Below, piece after piece: positions 1 to 13,231 of a DNA stretch of 64,000 bases. Both the position numbers and the translations under genes were made by a program. The first letter of the stretch is position 1; every line of letters starts with the position of its first letter. This stretch comes from Squalus acanthias (lineage: Eukaryota), in NCBI GenBank assembly GCA_030390025.1, contig CM059432.1, positions 35,590,001 to 35,654,000 of the forward strand, read 5' to 3'. The notes under the pieces were generated by a model. It saw nothing but the letters and a program-made list of their open reading frames with translations. It searched no databases and was not told the origin of the DNA.

Positions 1-305
1 TTATTTTTTTTTCCCTTGCACGCTCCCTCTTTCTCTCATTCTCTCTTTTTCAATTCATTTCTCTCCTTTCCCTATTTTGGCCTCTGTTCCTCTTTATCTT
101 TTCTCACCCTTTTCTACACTCTCACCTTTACCTGTCCTCTCCCCTTTTCTCCTGCTCTCTTTTTTTCCTGCTCTCCTCTTTTCTCCTGCTCGCCCCTTTA
201 CCCCCGATCCTCTATCTTTTCCCCTATCCCCCTTTATTGTCTCATCTCTACTGCTTTCAAATTTTTTTCTTTTCTCCTTCACTCTTCACCCCTCCTTCCT
301 TCCCT
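1..305. repeat. CT-rich low-complexity tract
   Basis: Nearly pure pyrimidine on the + strand. Confidence 0.9.
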
Positions 306-659
306 AGAAGGCAGCAAGGAGCCTTCGTAACCTGATTACTGGAAAAAAAATGAACGTTTAAAAAACAAAAACAAATCTGAAACCAAATCCTTAGTCTGTT
401 AAATCTGTAAGGGGAGCTGCAGCGTGCTGACACCACCTGGTTGCTGGGTGTGCTGATCCTGTCTCTTGTCCTGTGTTTCATAAGTCTGCCAATCATCTGT
501 GTTGTTTTACTTGGTTCATTGAAATTCATGATTGTGAAGTAAATGACATCACCCCACAACCAGAATACTTGATATATAGACATCAAATACTGACTGAAAT
601 ATATAAAACTCTTGTGATACTGTGATATAACATCACACAATAACACTCGGCCTTGTGTG

Positions 660-1766
660 AGCTAATCAAAAAGGATCCGCATTGATTGGTGAAGGGTTGG
701 TCATGTTTGACCAATTTAGTTGAATTTTTTGAGGAGGTCACTAACTTGCTGGACAGGGCTGTCTGTGGATGTTGTGCAGATGGGAGCAGGAAGTTACAGG
801 GACATAGACAGATTAAGTGAGTGGGAAAAACTGTGGTAGATGGAGTTCGGTGTGGGGAAGAGTGAGGTCACCCACTTTGGATCCAAGAAAAACAAATTGG
901 AATATTTTCTGAATGGCGAGAGACTAGGAATTATGGAAGAGCAAAGGGATTTGAGTGTCCAGGTACACATCATTAAAAGCTAGTGAACGGATACAAAAAG
1001 TAATCAAAAAGACGAATGGAATCTCAAGGGGGCTGGAATACAAGAGTGAAGAAGTCTATAGAACCTTGGTTAGACCCCATCTGGAGAACTGTGTTCAGAT
1101 TTTGGAACCACACCTCAGGAAGGATATATTGGCCTTGGAGGGGGTGCAGCACAGATTCACCAGAATGATGCCAGAGCTGAAAGGGTTAAATGACAAGGTC
1201 AGGTTCCATAAACTTGGCTTGTATTCCCTTGAGTATAGATTTAATCAAGGTGTTTAAAATGATAAAGGGATGTGATAGGGTAGATACAGAGACACTATTT
1301 TCTCTGGTGCGGGAATCCAGAACAAAAGGGCACAATCTTAAAATTAATGCTAGGCCATTCATGAGTGAAATCAGAAAGCACTTTTTCTCACAAAGGGTAG
1401 TGGAAATCTGGAATTCTCTCCCACAAAACACTGTGCATGCTGGGTTAATTTAACTTTTCCAGACTGAGATTGATAGATTTTTATTAGGTAAGGGTATCAA
1501 GGGATATGGATCAATGGCAGGTACAGTTGAGGTGCAGATCAGCTACAATCACATTGAATGGCGGAACAGGCTCGAGGTCCTGAACCAATGTTCCCTTTAA
1601 GCTGGGCGGCCGTGCAGCATTCTGGAGGTCCCACGTAGTGGACACACAGCTTTTAAATGGAACTCCGCCCCGCGCCCCGCCCCCCCCTGTTAAAGGGGCC
1701 ACGCGGCTCAAAAAAAAATTTGAGGGAACATGGGCCTGAACGGCCGCCTCCTGTTCAGATGTTCCT
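660..1766 (+). mobile_element. Degraded, internally deleted CR1 LINE 3' fragment
   Basis: ORFs with LVRPHLENCVQ and HFFSQRVVEIWNSLP; CR1 3' UTR (gaatggcggaacaggctcgagg...cctcctgttc) split by a MITE. Confidence 0.85.
1586..1733. mobile_element. hAT-like MITE (148 bp)
   Basis: Imperfect TIRs caatgttccct...agggaacatgg; 8-bp TSD tcctgaac/gcctgaac; interrupts a CR1 3' UTR. Confidence 0.7.
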
Positions 1767-2289
1767 TTTGAGAAGTGCTAGAAGGGGCCGGCCCAACTAT
1801 TGGGCTTCATAACCAAGTTGAGGCTTGTTGAGCAGAGAGAAAACCGAGCTTCTTGAAGGCAATCTTGAGGCCAGTGTGAGGTTAGGGCCGATATTTGCAG
1901 TCTGCAGACTGCATGATCTTCGCAGTCCAGAGGTGGAAGATGATCTCTGCTGTAGCGAGGGGGACCAACGTGATCTGAGCATGTGCGTTGTGGTGTGATG
2001 TTCATGTTTTAAATCTCACTCAAACATGTTGCTGATTTCTGTGGTTGTGGTGAACATATTGTGTGATGTAGCGTCACGGTGACTTGTGTCTGCACTGATC
2101 CAGTTGGGCACTGCCGGCTATGACTAAAGGGAAGGATAAGGAGATTCTCCTCTGTCCAAGGTACTGATAAAACTTATTTAAAAAAATGAAGTACCTTTCT
2201 CACTGTGTCTGGGACAAAATTGCAATTTTGAAAACGCAGAAGGAGTCTCTTGGCACTGCTCATAATGTCCTTGTATCCCCTGCCCCAGG

Positions 2290-2637
2290 CCCAGATCCAA
2301 ATCCCACCATGGCGAGGTGTGGAATTCAATTCAAGTCAATAAATCTGGTAATTTGTGGGCTGGCACCAGAAAATAAAAATGACCATGGAAGCTTCCGGAT
2401 TGTCTTCAAAAAAACAAACGACGAATGCCCTTCATGGAAGGGAACCTGCCACCCCGACCGGATCTGGCCTACAAATGACTCCAGTCTCGCACTACTGCCC
2501 TCTGAAGTGGCTTAGCAAGCCACCTAGTTCTCAAAATCGCTCGTGGTTCAAGACGAAGTCCCACCACCACCTTCTGAGGGTAACTAGGGATGGGCAATAA
2601 ATGCCGGCCTTGACAGCGACGCACACATTCTGTGAAT
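2290..2637 (+). mobile_element. SINE sharing its 3' tail (agggatgggcaataaatg...) with the LINE family at 27601-29494 and 41120-43167
   Basis: B-box-like head remnant (aaatcccaccatgg) plus the shared tail; related pieces near 2762, 3320, 19850, 22535, 46450, 54245, 55415, 58400 and 61670. Confidence 0.7.
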
Positions 2638-3691
2638 TTTTGGTTTTTTTTAAAGTGTGTCTCAGCACTGCTTTTTCTGCCCCAAACCACTCTACATGCA
2701 CAGAGAGCAGAACTTTATGGGATTTCTTGTAAACTTCTCTCTCCCAGCTTATTTTTTAATTAATTCTCGGGATGTGGTGCATCGCTGGCAAGGCCACATT
2801 CATTGGCCATCCCTAGTTGCCCTCAGAAGGGTGATGAGCTTTCTCCTTGAGCTGCTGTAACTGTAGAGTATGTATTTATAACTCTGATCCAGATCTTTGT
2901 TTGCAGAGAAGAGGGGTGTTAAAGTCTGTATATCACCGAGTCTGGGAAATAGCAAGTTTTAATTCAGCTGAACATCACGATTTTTGGACTTTAAAAGAAA
3001 ATAAAAATTTCCTGCCCTTGTGGCTCTGCACTGCCTGTTGTGATCCTCAGCCTTACAGGCCAGGGACGACCGAGTGGCAGTGCTGAATTCGTTGTTCTCA
3101 ACGAGAGTGGCAGTGGGGCCTCTACAATTGCACTCTATCACCTCCTGAGCTAAGGAAGGGAAGAAAGAGGTTCCCCCTCCTGATAGCTAATTAATTACCC
3201 CCACTAGAAGAAAGCATATGTGTAAACATCAGGTAGGGCGTGGCTTGGCGGTGTTACCAAATTTGCCCCCTCTTCCCATCATGGTTGAATAAGCTACCAG
3301 TCCTGGCTTTTTAAATTATTATTCATTCTTGGGATGTGGTGTGTTGCTGGCAAGGCCGGCATTTATTGCCCATCCTCAGTTGCCCTTGATAAGGTGGTGG
3401 TGGGCTATCTCCTTGAACCGCTGCAGTTCTTTGTAGCGGTTTGCTGCAACTGAGTAGCTTGCTAGGTCACGTCAGAGGGCAGTTAAGAGAAAAATGCAAG
3501 TGCAATCCTTCTGGGTAAAATCAAATCTTGTCTCCTCATCATGTTTCCCAATCGGTCATCACAATAACGTGCACGTCACAGTCAGCCTGGTTCCTGTGAT
3601 GGATAGTTGCAGCGCAATATCGTGACGTTCCTACTCATTGGGTCGGTGTGGTTGTTTAAGGTAGCATTATGACTTTCTGGCTCCTTTGCAG

Positions 3692-3775
3692 GTATTCGAG
3701 AAAGAGTCAGACTCTATCACAGTGCATGCTATCAGAGTGCTGACGGCAATCATGAAGAGCTCGCCCTCCGCCAAG
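3692..3775 (+). CDS. NBEAL2: NBEAL2 internal coding exon 1 of window (VFEKESDSITVHAIRVLTAIMKSSPSAK), 84 nt, phase 0-0
   Basis: ctcctttgcag acceptor, AAG|gtacg donor; peptide matches the NBEAL ...VRVLTxIMxxSPSAK motif and joins in frame to EVFKERIGY. Confidence 0.92.
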
Positions 3776-3884
3776 GTACGGCTGTCAGGAGTGCCAATGT
3801 CATGGGGTTGTTACTGTGAACTTCGCCAACAAGCATGGTTATAAGTATTCTTGTATGATGTATCGGTGATTGTGCTTGTATAAT

Positions 3885-4230
3885 GAAGATTGAAGGAGCA
3901 GAGGGTCGGATGCTGAGTTAACGTCAAGACCAGACTGATGGGATGAAAGACTCCTCTGTCTGCTAGCTACTAGTGTCCTACACAAAATGAGTTGGGCAGT
4001 CTCAAATCAGCTCCTGCTGGGCATGGCCCTACTGCACAAATTTGCCCTTAATTCAGCACTAATTTACAGTCTCCGCCAGAGAGGCCACAGGATGGCTGGT
4101 GTGGGAAACACAAATAATACTATTCTGGTGCACTAGGGGGCGCTCTTCTGAGGTTGAGCATTTAGGGCAGGGTAGAGGGAGTTTTACTCTGCATCTAACT
4201 GTGCTGTACCTGGGAGTGCTTGGAGGGGAA
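3885..4230 (+). mobile_element. LF-SINE-like element
   Basis: aaatgagttgggcagtctc, gcactaat...cagtctccgccagagaggcc and gtgctgtacctg follow the order of the LF-SINE consensus as I recall it. Confidence 0.55.
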
Positions 4231-4631
4231 AACCTTCGGTCCATCTAGCCCACCTATCCACATTATTCCCGTGGTTCATTTCTACTAACCTTGAATCCTA
4301 TTTGTTGACAAGAACCTGTCTAGTTCTTTCTTTAAACCCATTAAGGTTTCTCGTTCCACCACCCATGCCTGTAATCTGTTTTATATACTTACCACCCTAT
4401 TCGTTTAAAAAAAAGTTCCTGTTGCATTTCCTACTTTTGTTAACCTTCATTTGTAAATATGACCCCTTGAGCTCAAATTCTGTTCACGGCATAAAAGTTT
4501 ACTTGAATCTAATTTATCCAAAGCTTTCAGAATTTCAAACACTTCCATCATACCCCCTCTCGGTCTTCTATTTTCAAGAGAGAAAAGACTTATTCTCCAG
4601 CACCAACATTCCTCACCTTTAAGACTACAAA

Positions 4632-6190
4632 ATAAGAACATAAGAATTAGGTGCCGGAGTAGGCTACACGACCCCACGATCATGGCTGATCTTCGACCTC
4701 AACACCATTTTTGTGGCCTATCCCCATATCCCTCGATTCCTCTGGAGTCCAGAAATCTATCTATCTCAGCCTTGAATATACTCGACGACTGAGCATCCAC
4801 AGCACTTTGGGGCAGAGAATTCCAAAGATTCACAACCCCGTGAGTGAAGAAATTCCTCCTCATCTCAGTCTTAAAAGGCTGGCCCCTTATCCAGAGACTA
4901 TGCCCCCTAGTTCGAGACACTAGATAGCATCTATCCTGCCAACCCCCCTCAGAATCTTATATGTTTCAATGAGATCACCTCTCATTCTTCTAAACTGCAG
5001 AGAGTATAGGCCCAATCTACTCAATCTTTTTTTACAGGACAATCCTCTCATTCCAGGAATCAATCAAGTAAACCTTCGTTGCACTGCCTCTAAGGCAAAT
5101 ATATCCTTCCTTAAATAAGGAGACCAAAACTGTGCACAGTACTCCAGGTGTGGTCTCACCAAAGCTCTGTACAATTGTAGCAAGACTTCCTTACTCTTAT
5201 ACTCCAAGCCTCTAGCAATAAAGGCCAACATGCCATTTGCCTTCCTAATTGCTTGCCTGCATCCTAACTCTGTTTCTTGTACGAGGACAACTAAATCTCT
5301 CTGAACACCAACATTTAATAGTTTCTCACCATTTAAAAAATATTCTGTTTTTCTATTCTTCCTCCCAAATTGAATAACCTCTCATTTCCCCACATTATAC
5401 TCCATTTGCCACCTTATTGCCCACTCACTTAACCTGTCTATATCCCTTTGCAGGCTCTTTGCGTCCTCCTCACATCTTACTTTTCCACCTAGCTTTGTAC
5501 CATCAGCAAACTTGGATACATTGCACGCAGTCCCTTCATCTAAGTCATTAATATAGATTGTAAATAGCTGAGGCTCAAGCACTGATCCTTGCGGCACCCC
5601 ACTAGTTACAGCCTGCCAATCTGAAATGACCCGTTTATCCCTACTCTCTCTTTTCTGTCTGTTAACCAATCTTTTATTCATGCTAATACATTACCCTCAA
5701 CCCCATATGCCCTTATCTTGCTTAACAACCTTTCATGTGGCACCTTATCAAATGCCTTTTGGAAATCCAATTATACTACATCCGCTGGTTCCCCTTTATC
5801 TACCCTGTTAGTTACATCCTCAAAAAACTATAATAAATTTGTTAAAAACGATTTCCCTTTCATAAAACCATGTTGACTCTGCCTAATAATATGATTTTCA
5901 AAGTACCATTTCCTTAATGGATTCCAGCATTTTCCCGACGACTGTTATCAGGTTAACTGGCCTGTAGTTCCCTGTTTTCTCGCTCCCTCCTTTTTTGAAT
6001 AGCGGGTTACATTTACTCCCATTAGTTTCTCAAGTACTTTTTCTCTACTGATATTAATTACTTTAAGTTCCTCGCTCTAATTAGCCCCTTGGTTCTCCAC
6101 TATTTTTGGTGTACTTTTTGTGTCTTCTACTGTGAAGACTGCTACAAAATATTTGTTTAAAGTCTCTGCCATTTCCTTGTTCCCCAATAT
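4632..6190 (-). mobile_element. CR1 LINE (outer element a), 3' portion; continues at about 16313-16575
   Basis: RT fragments SGVPQGSVL...FADGTKL and RNFFTHGVVNLWNSLP; (taagaaca) tail. Confidence 0.85.
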
Positions 6191-6199
6191 AGAGTCATA

Positions 6200-7078
6200 G
6201 GGGGAGAAATTCAGTATCGCCCCATTTGGGGCGCAATTATCGGCCGGGCGCAAAGACTAGCGCCTGGCGCTAATTATCGCCTCCGACTGCAAACTTGACT
6301 TTAATCGCCCCTGGAGGTGATTGGGGCACTAAATCAGGCGCTTCACACCTGTCTTAAGGCGCAAAGGCCGAGGAGCGAGGCGCTACCTCAGAGCGCTGGC
6401 AAAGCTCATGTGATGTCAGTCAGCAATGGAACACACACACAATGGCGCGGGCCAGTTCTTAAAGGGGAGGGTTGATCTTGCTTTCCATCCACATCCTGCT
6501 CATTGCAGCCTTGAATCTCGGCCTGGAGAGACCTGCACATCAAATCTGCTGGAAAGAACAATGGAGAGCACCAGGGAAAGAGCTCAGAGTGCAGCCCCCA
6601 CAGTCTCTTCTAAATCGATACAAGGAAGGGCAAATCAAAATGAACCTGCAAAGTGCTGCTCAGTACCCAAAACTCCTTCACACAGCGTTGAATCTCTCCA
6701 GAAGTCTCTCTCTCTCTGAAAGCGTGGTTCAAAAATGTCACCAACAATAAAAGGCAGGAAGCTGTCGCCTTTAAATAGCGCTCCCCCAGTCCCTTCCTGA
6801 CTGCAAAACGCTCCCCTCAACCTGTCGTTGCTAGCGTAAGGCAGGGGGCGCCACTCAATATCTGCTCCGGGGCGATACCGGGGCGTTGCGCACTCGACTG
6901 ATGTCACGATCTGCCAGCTCAGGAGATCGTGGCGGTAGTGTTTAGCGCCGCCACAAAATGTCGAGTTAATTTCGCGAGCGGCGCAAACATCGCCGTGCCC
7001 GGGCGCTAGTTGCTTTGTGCCCCATTAGCGCCCTCTTAAGGCGCTAACGGGAGGCGCAACCAACTGAATTTTTCCCCC
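6200..7078. mobile_element. PIF/Harbinger-like non-autonomous DNA transposon (879 bp)
   Basis: 16-bp TIR gggggagaaattcagt / actgaatttttccccc (1 mismatch); 3-bp TSD ATA; GC/CpG rich; inserted in a CR1 microsatellite tail. Confidence 0.75.
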
Positions 7079-10000
7079 ATAGAGTTATACAGCACAGAAA
7101 GAGGCCCTTCGGCCCATCGTGTCCGCGCCGGCCATCACGCCCTGTCTATTCTAATCCCATTTTCCAGCACTTGGTCCGTAGCCTTGTATGCTATGGCGTT
7201 TCAAGTGCTCATCTAAATGCTTCTTGAATGTTGTGAGGGTTCCTGCCTCTGCCACCCTTTCAGGCAGTGAGTTCCAGATTCCAACCACCCTCTGGGTGAA
7301 AAAGTTTTTCCTCAAATCCCCTCTAAACCTCCTGCCCCTTACCTTGAAACTATGCCCCCTGGTTATTGACCCCTCCACCAAGGGGAAAAGTTCCCCTCTA
7401 TCTACCCTATCTATGCCCCTCATAATTTTGTACACCTCAATCAGGTCCCCCCTCAGCCTTCTCTGCTCTAAGGAAAACAATCCCAGCCTGTCCAGTCTCT
7501 CTTCATAGCTGAAGTGCTCCAGCCCAGGTAACATCCTGGTGAATCTCCTCTGCACCCTCTCCAATGCAATCACATCCTTCCTATAGTGTGGCGACCAGAA
7601 CTGCACACAGTATTCCAGCAGTGGCCTAACTAGCGTTTTGTACAGTTCCATCATAACCTCCCTGCTCTTATATTCTATGCCTCGGCTAATGAAGGCAAGT
7701 ATCCCATATGCCTTTTTAACCACCTTATCTACCTGTCCTGCTGCCTTCAGGGATCTATGTACATGCACACCAAGGTCCCTCTGATCCTCTGTCCTTCCTA
7801 GGGTGCTACCATTCATTGTGTATTCCCTTGCCTTGTTAGTCCTCCCAAAATGCATCACCTCACACTTTTCAGGGTTAAATTCCATTTGCCACTGTTCTGC
7901 CCATCTAACCAACCCGTCTATATCGTCCTGTAGCCTGAGGCTTCCCTCCTCGCTATTTACCACTCCACCAATTTTCGTGTCATCTGCGAACTTACTGATC
8001 ATACCTCCTACATTCATATCTAAATCATTAATGTACACTACAAACAGCAAAGGACCCAGCACCGATCCCTGCGGTACACCACTGGTCACAGGCTTCCAGT
8101 CACAAAAACAACCTTCGACCATCACCCTCTGCCTCCTGCCACTAAGCCAATTTTGGATCCAATGTGCCAAATTGCCCTGGATCCCATGGGCTCTTACCTT
8201 CTTGACCAGTCTCCCATGTGGGACTTTGTCAAAAGCCTTACTGAAGTCCATGTAGACCACATCAACTGCACTACCCTCATCCACACACCTAGTCACCCCC
8301 TCGAAAAATTCAATCAAATTGGTTAGACATGATCTCCCCCTGACAAAGCCATGCTGACTATCCTTGATTAATCCTTGCCTCTCGAAGTGGAGACTAATTC
8401 TGTCCCTCAGAATTTTTTCCAATAATTTCCCTACCACTGATGTTAGGCTTACTGGCCTGTAATTCCCTGGTTTATCCCTACTACCCTTCTTGAATAATGG
8501 TACTATGTTAGTTGTCCTCCAGTCCTCTGGCACCTCCCCTGTGGCCAGAGAGGTTCTGAAAATTTGTGTCAGAGCCCCTGCAATCTCCTCCCTTGCCTCA
8601 CACAGCAGCCTGGGATACATCTCGTCTGGGCCTGGGGATATATCCACTTTTAAGCCCGCTAAAACCGTTAGTACCTCCTCCCTCAATACTAATTTGTTCA
8701 AGTATATCACAATCCCCCTGCCTGATTTCTATGCCTACATCATCCTTCTCCATAGTGAACACAGATGCAAAATACTAATTTAAAACCTCACCTACATCTT
8801 TCGGCTCTACACACAGATTGCCACTTTGGTCCCTAATGGGCCCTACTCTTTCCCTGGTTATCCTCTTGCACTTAATATACTTATAAAACACCTTGGGATT
8901 TTCCTTTATTTTGCCCGCCAGTGTTTTTTCATGCCCCCTCTTCGCTCTCCTAATTTCTTTTTTAAGTACCCCCCTGCACTTTCTATACTCCTCTAGGGCT
9001 TCCACTGTTTTTAGTCCTTTGTATCTGCCAAAAGCCTCCCTTTTTTTCCTAATCCATTCTTGTATATCCCTTGACATCCAGGGTTCCCTGGGCTTGTTGG
9101 TCCCACCCTTGACCTTTACAGGAACATGTTGGCGTTGTACTCTCTATTTCCTTTCTGAAAGACTCCCACTGCTCTGATGTGGATTTTCCTACAAGTAGCT
9201 GATCCCAGTCCACTTTGGCCAGATCCTTACTTATCATATTAAAATCAGCCTTCCCCCAATTTGGAACCTTTATTTCCGGTCCATCTTTGTCCTTTTCCAT
9301 GACTACCTTAAATCTCACCGAATTATGGTCACTGTCACCAAAATGCTCTCCTACTGACACTTCCACCACTTGCCCGGCTACATTCCCCAGAATTAGGTCC
9401 AGTACCGCCCCCTCTCTTGTAGGACTTTCTACATGCTGGCTCAAAATGCTCTTCTGGATGCACTTTAAGAATTCTGCACCCTCTAAGCCTTTCACACTCT
9501 GACTATCCCAGTTAATATTGGGGAAGTTGAAATCCCCTACTATTATTACCCTATTATTTCTACACTTCTGAGATTTGCCTACATATCTGTTCTTGTATCT
9601 CCCCCTGACTGTTTGGGGGCTTATAGTACACTCCCAACAAAGTGCTTGCCCCCTTTTTGTTTTTAAGTTCTACCCATATGGCCTCATTAGAGGAACCTGC
9701 TAAGATATCATCCCTCCTTACAGCAGTAATTGACTCCTTGATTAATATTGCGACACCCCCTCCTCTTTTACACCCCCCTCTGTCTCGCCTGAAGATTCTA
9801 TACCCTGGAATATTGAGCTGCCAGTCCTGCCCCTCCCTCAACCATGTCTCTGTGATAGCAACAATATCATATTCCCATGTGTTCATCAACACCTTCAATT
9901 CATCTGCCTCACTCACAAGACTTCTTGCATTAAAATAAATGCCATCCAGCCTTGCCATACTCCCTTGTGCCGTTACATATTTGCTCTGCCTTCCAGGCTG

Positions 10001-10730
10001 ACTTGTTTTTCCTCTATATTTGGCTGTGCATCACCCTCTACTATAGCTCCACTCCGTATCCCATCCCCCTGCTAAGTTAGTTTAAACCGCCCCCCCAACA
10101 GTACTAGCAAACCTCCCCTGCAAGGATGTTGGTCCCGTTCCGGTTCAGGTGCAACCCGTCCGACTTGTACAGGTCCCACCTTCCCTAGAAACAGACCCAG
10201 TGATCCAGGAAACTAAAGCCCTCCTCCTGCACCAACTCTTTAACCATGCATTCATCTGCTCTATCCTCCTATTCCTGTACTCACTAGCACGTGGCACCGG
10301 GAGTAATCCAGAGATTACAACCTTTTTAATCTGCTACCTAGCTCCCTAAATTCTTGTTGCAGGACCTCATCCCTCTTTCTACCCATGTCGTTGGTACCAA
10401 TGTGAACCACGACCTCTGACTGTTCGCCCTCCCCCTTCAGAATGCACTGCAGCCGTTCAGTGACATCCTTGACCCTGCACCAGGGAGGCAACATACCACC
10501 ATGGAGTCACATCTGCGGCCACAGAAACGTCTATTTGTTCCCCTTACAATAGAATCCCCTATCACTATTGCTCTCCCGCTCTTTTTCCTCCCCTCCTGTG
10601 CAGCTGAGCCACTCGTAGTGCCACGGACTTGGCTCTTGCTGCATTCCCCTGAGAAACCATCTTCCCCAGCAGTATCCAAAACGGAAAATCTGTTAGAGAG
10701 GGAGATGGACCCAGGGGACTCCTGCACTAC
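7079..10730 (-). mobile_element. CR1 LINE (element b): RT, frameshifted APE endonuclease and esterase ORF1 fragment; resumes at 16205-16312
   Basis: ORFs 7151..8710, 8775..9077, 9049..9495 (GDSDHN), 9560..9958 (VAITETWL) and 10437..10766 (GDSIVRG). Confidence 0.92.
7151..8710 (-). pseudogene. CR1 ORF2 reverse transcriptase domain, uninterrupted 519 aa remnant
   Basis: NYRPVSLTS, QHGF, DFSKAFDKV, GVPQGSVLGP and KFADDTK motifs; the upstream endonuclease part is frameshifted. Confidence 0.9.
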
Positions 10731-13025
10731 ATAAGAACATAAGAAATAGGAGCAGGAGTAGGCCAATTGGCCCCTCGAGATGCTCCACCATTCAATAAGA
10801 TCATGGCTGATCTGATCCTAACCGCCAATCTACTATCACAGAACCATCTCCTGAACCTAACAGAATTGGACACACGAAATAGGAGCAGGATCAGGCTACA
10901 CGGCCCCTGGGCCCGCTACGCTACCCCCACAGGGCCATGACCAATCCGAACCTAGACTCATGTCCAAATTCCTGCCCGCTCCCCGTAACCCTTAATTCCC
11001 TTTACTTCTAGGAAACTGTCTATTTCTGTTTTAAATTTATGTAATGATGTAGCTTCTACAGCTTTTTGGGGCAGCATATTCCATGGACCTACCACCCTCT
11101 GAGTGAAGTAGTTCCTTCTCATCTCAGTTTTGAAAGAGCAGCCCCTTATTCTAAGACTATGCCCCCTAGTTCTAGTTTCACCCATCATCGGGAACATCCT
11201 CCCCGCATCCACCCGATCCAACCCCTTCACAATCTTATATGTTTCAATAAGATCGCCTTTCATTCTTCTGAGCTCCAATGAGCAGAGTCCCAATCTACCC
11301 AACCTCTCCTCATATGTCCATCCCCTCATCCCCGGGATTAACCGAGTGAACCTTCTTTGTACTGACTCGAGAGCAAGTATGTCTTTTCTTAAGTATGGAC
11401 TCCAAAACTGTATGCAGTATTCCAGGTGCGGTCTCACCAATACCTGTACAACTGAAGCAATACCTCCCTATTTTTATATTCTATCCCCCTAGCAATGAAA
11501 GCCAACATTCCATTGGCCTTCTTAATCACTCGCTGCACCTGCATACTAACCTTTTGAGTTTCGTGCACCAGGACCCCCAGATCCCTTTGTACTTCAGTAC
11601 TTTCCAGTTTCTTGCCATTAAGATAATAACTTGCTCTACTATTTTTCCTGCCAAAGTGCATAACCTCACACTTTCCAGTATTGTATTCCATCTGCCAAAT
11701 CTCCGCCCACTTACTTAGCCTGTCTATGTCCCCTTGCAGATTTTTTATGTCCTCCTCACTCACTACTTTCCCTCCCATCTTTGTATCATCTGCAAACTTT
11801 GATATATCACACTCGGTCCCGTCCTCCAAATCGTTAATATAGATTGCCAGTCTGAGAATGAACCATTTATCCCAACTCTCTGCCTTCTGTTCGATAGCCA
11901 ATCCTCTATCCATGCCAGAATATTACCCTCAATCCCGTGATTTTTTATCTTAAGCAATAATCTTGTGTGGCACCTTGTCAAATGCCTTTTGGAAGTCTAA
12001 ATACACCACATCCACTGGTTCCCCTTTATCCACCCTGTATGTTACTTCCTCAAAGAACTCCAGCAAATTTGTCAAACATGACTTCCCCTTCATAAAACCA
12101 TGCTGACTTTGTCCTATTAAATTATGATTATCCAAATGTCCCGTTATTGTCTCCTTAATAATGGACTCCAAAATTTTACCTACCACAGATGTTAGGCTAA
12201 CCGGTCTATAGTTTCCAGCCTTCTGTCTACTGCCCTTTTTAAATAAGGGTGTTACATTAGCAGTTTTCCAGTCTGCCGGGATCTTTGCTGAGTCCAGGGA
12301 GTTTTGGAAAATTATTACCAATGCATCCACAATCCCTACCGCCACTTCCCTCAAGACCCTAGGATGTAAGCCATCAGGTCCAGGTGATTTATCCGCCTTG
12401 AGTCCCATTATTTTACTGAATACCACTTCCTTAGTGATTTTGATCGTGTTTAGCTCCTCCCCCCCCTATAGCCCCCTATTTGTCCAGTGTTGTGATATTC
12501 TTAGTGTCCTCTACTGTAAAGACTGATACAAAATATCCATTCAGTGTATTTGCCATCTCTATATATCCCACCGTTAATTTCCCGGTCTCATCCTCTAAGG
12601 GACCAATATTTACTTTAGCCACCCTTTTTCTTTTTATATAACTATAAAAACTCTTACTATCTGTTTTTATATTTTTTGCTAATTTACTTTCATAATCTAT
12701 CTTCCCTTTCTTAATCAATCTTTGTTATTTTTTGCTGTCTTTTAAAGTTTTCCCAATCCTCTATCCTCCCACTAGATTTGACTTCCTTATAAGCCCTTGT
12801 TTTTAGTTGAATACTATCCTTAATTTCTTTACTTAGCCATGGATGACTGTCTTTTCTTTTACACCCTTTTCTTCTCAGTGGAATATATATTTTTTGGAAG
12901 TTGTAAAATAACTCCTTAAATGTACACCACTGATCATGTATCATCTTACCCTTTAATCTATTTTCCCAATCCACTCTACTCAATTCCACTCGCATACCTT
13001 CATAGTCTCCTTTATTCAAGCTTAG

Positions 13026-13231
13026 AAACATAGAAACTAGGAGCAGGAGTAGGCCATTCGGCCCGTCGAGCCTGCTCCACCATTCAATACGATCATGGCT
13101 GATCATCCAAATCCACTACCCTGTCCCTGCTTTCTCACACAGAATCCCCATCGAGCCTGCACCGACACATATCCCACCCTATCCCCGTAACCCCACGTAT
13201 TTAATTCCCCCTAACATATCCCATCCTATCC
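13026..13231 (-). mobile_element. 5'-truncated HE1-type SINE variant with an appended CR1 tail
   Basis: Reverse complement matches 51430-51648; flanked by a cttag direct repeat; inserted in CR1-c ORF2. Confidence 0.75.

Noticed and set aside
4128..4146. CTCF-like motif gtgcactagggggcgctc
   Set aside because: It is a single motif match inside a repeat and is not kept in related copies (21128, 49640). It cannot be supported without ChIP data.
7151..8710. Long RT ORF as a retron, DGR or domesticated gene
   Set aside because: It is an ordinary CR1 ORF2 with a 3' tail, a frameshifted endonuclease and many paralogous fragments in the window.
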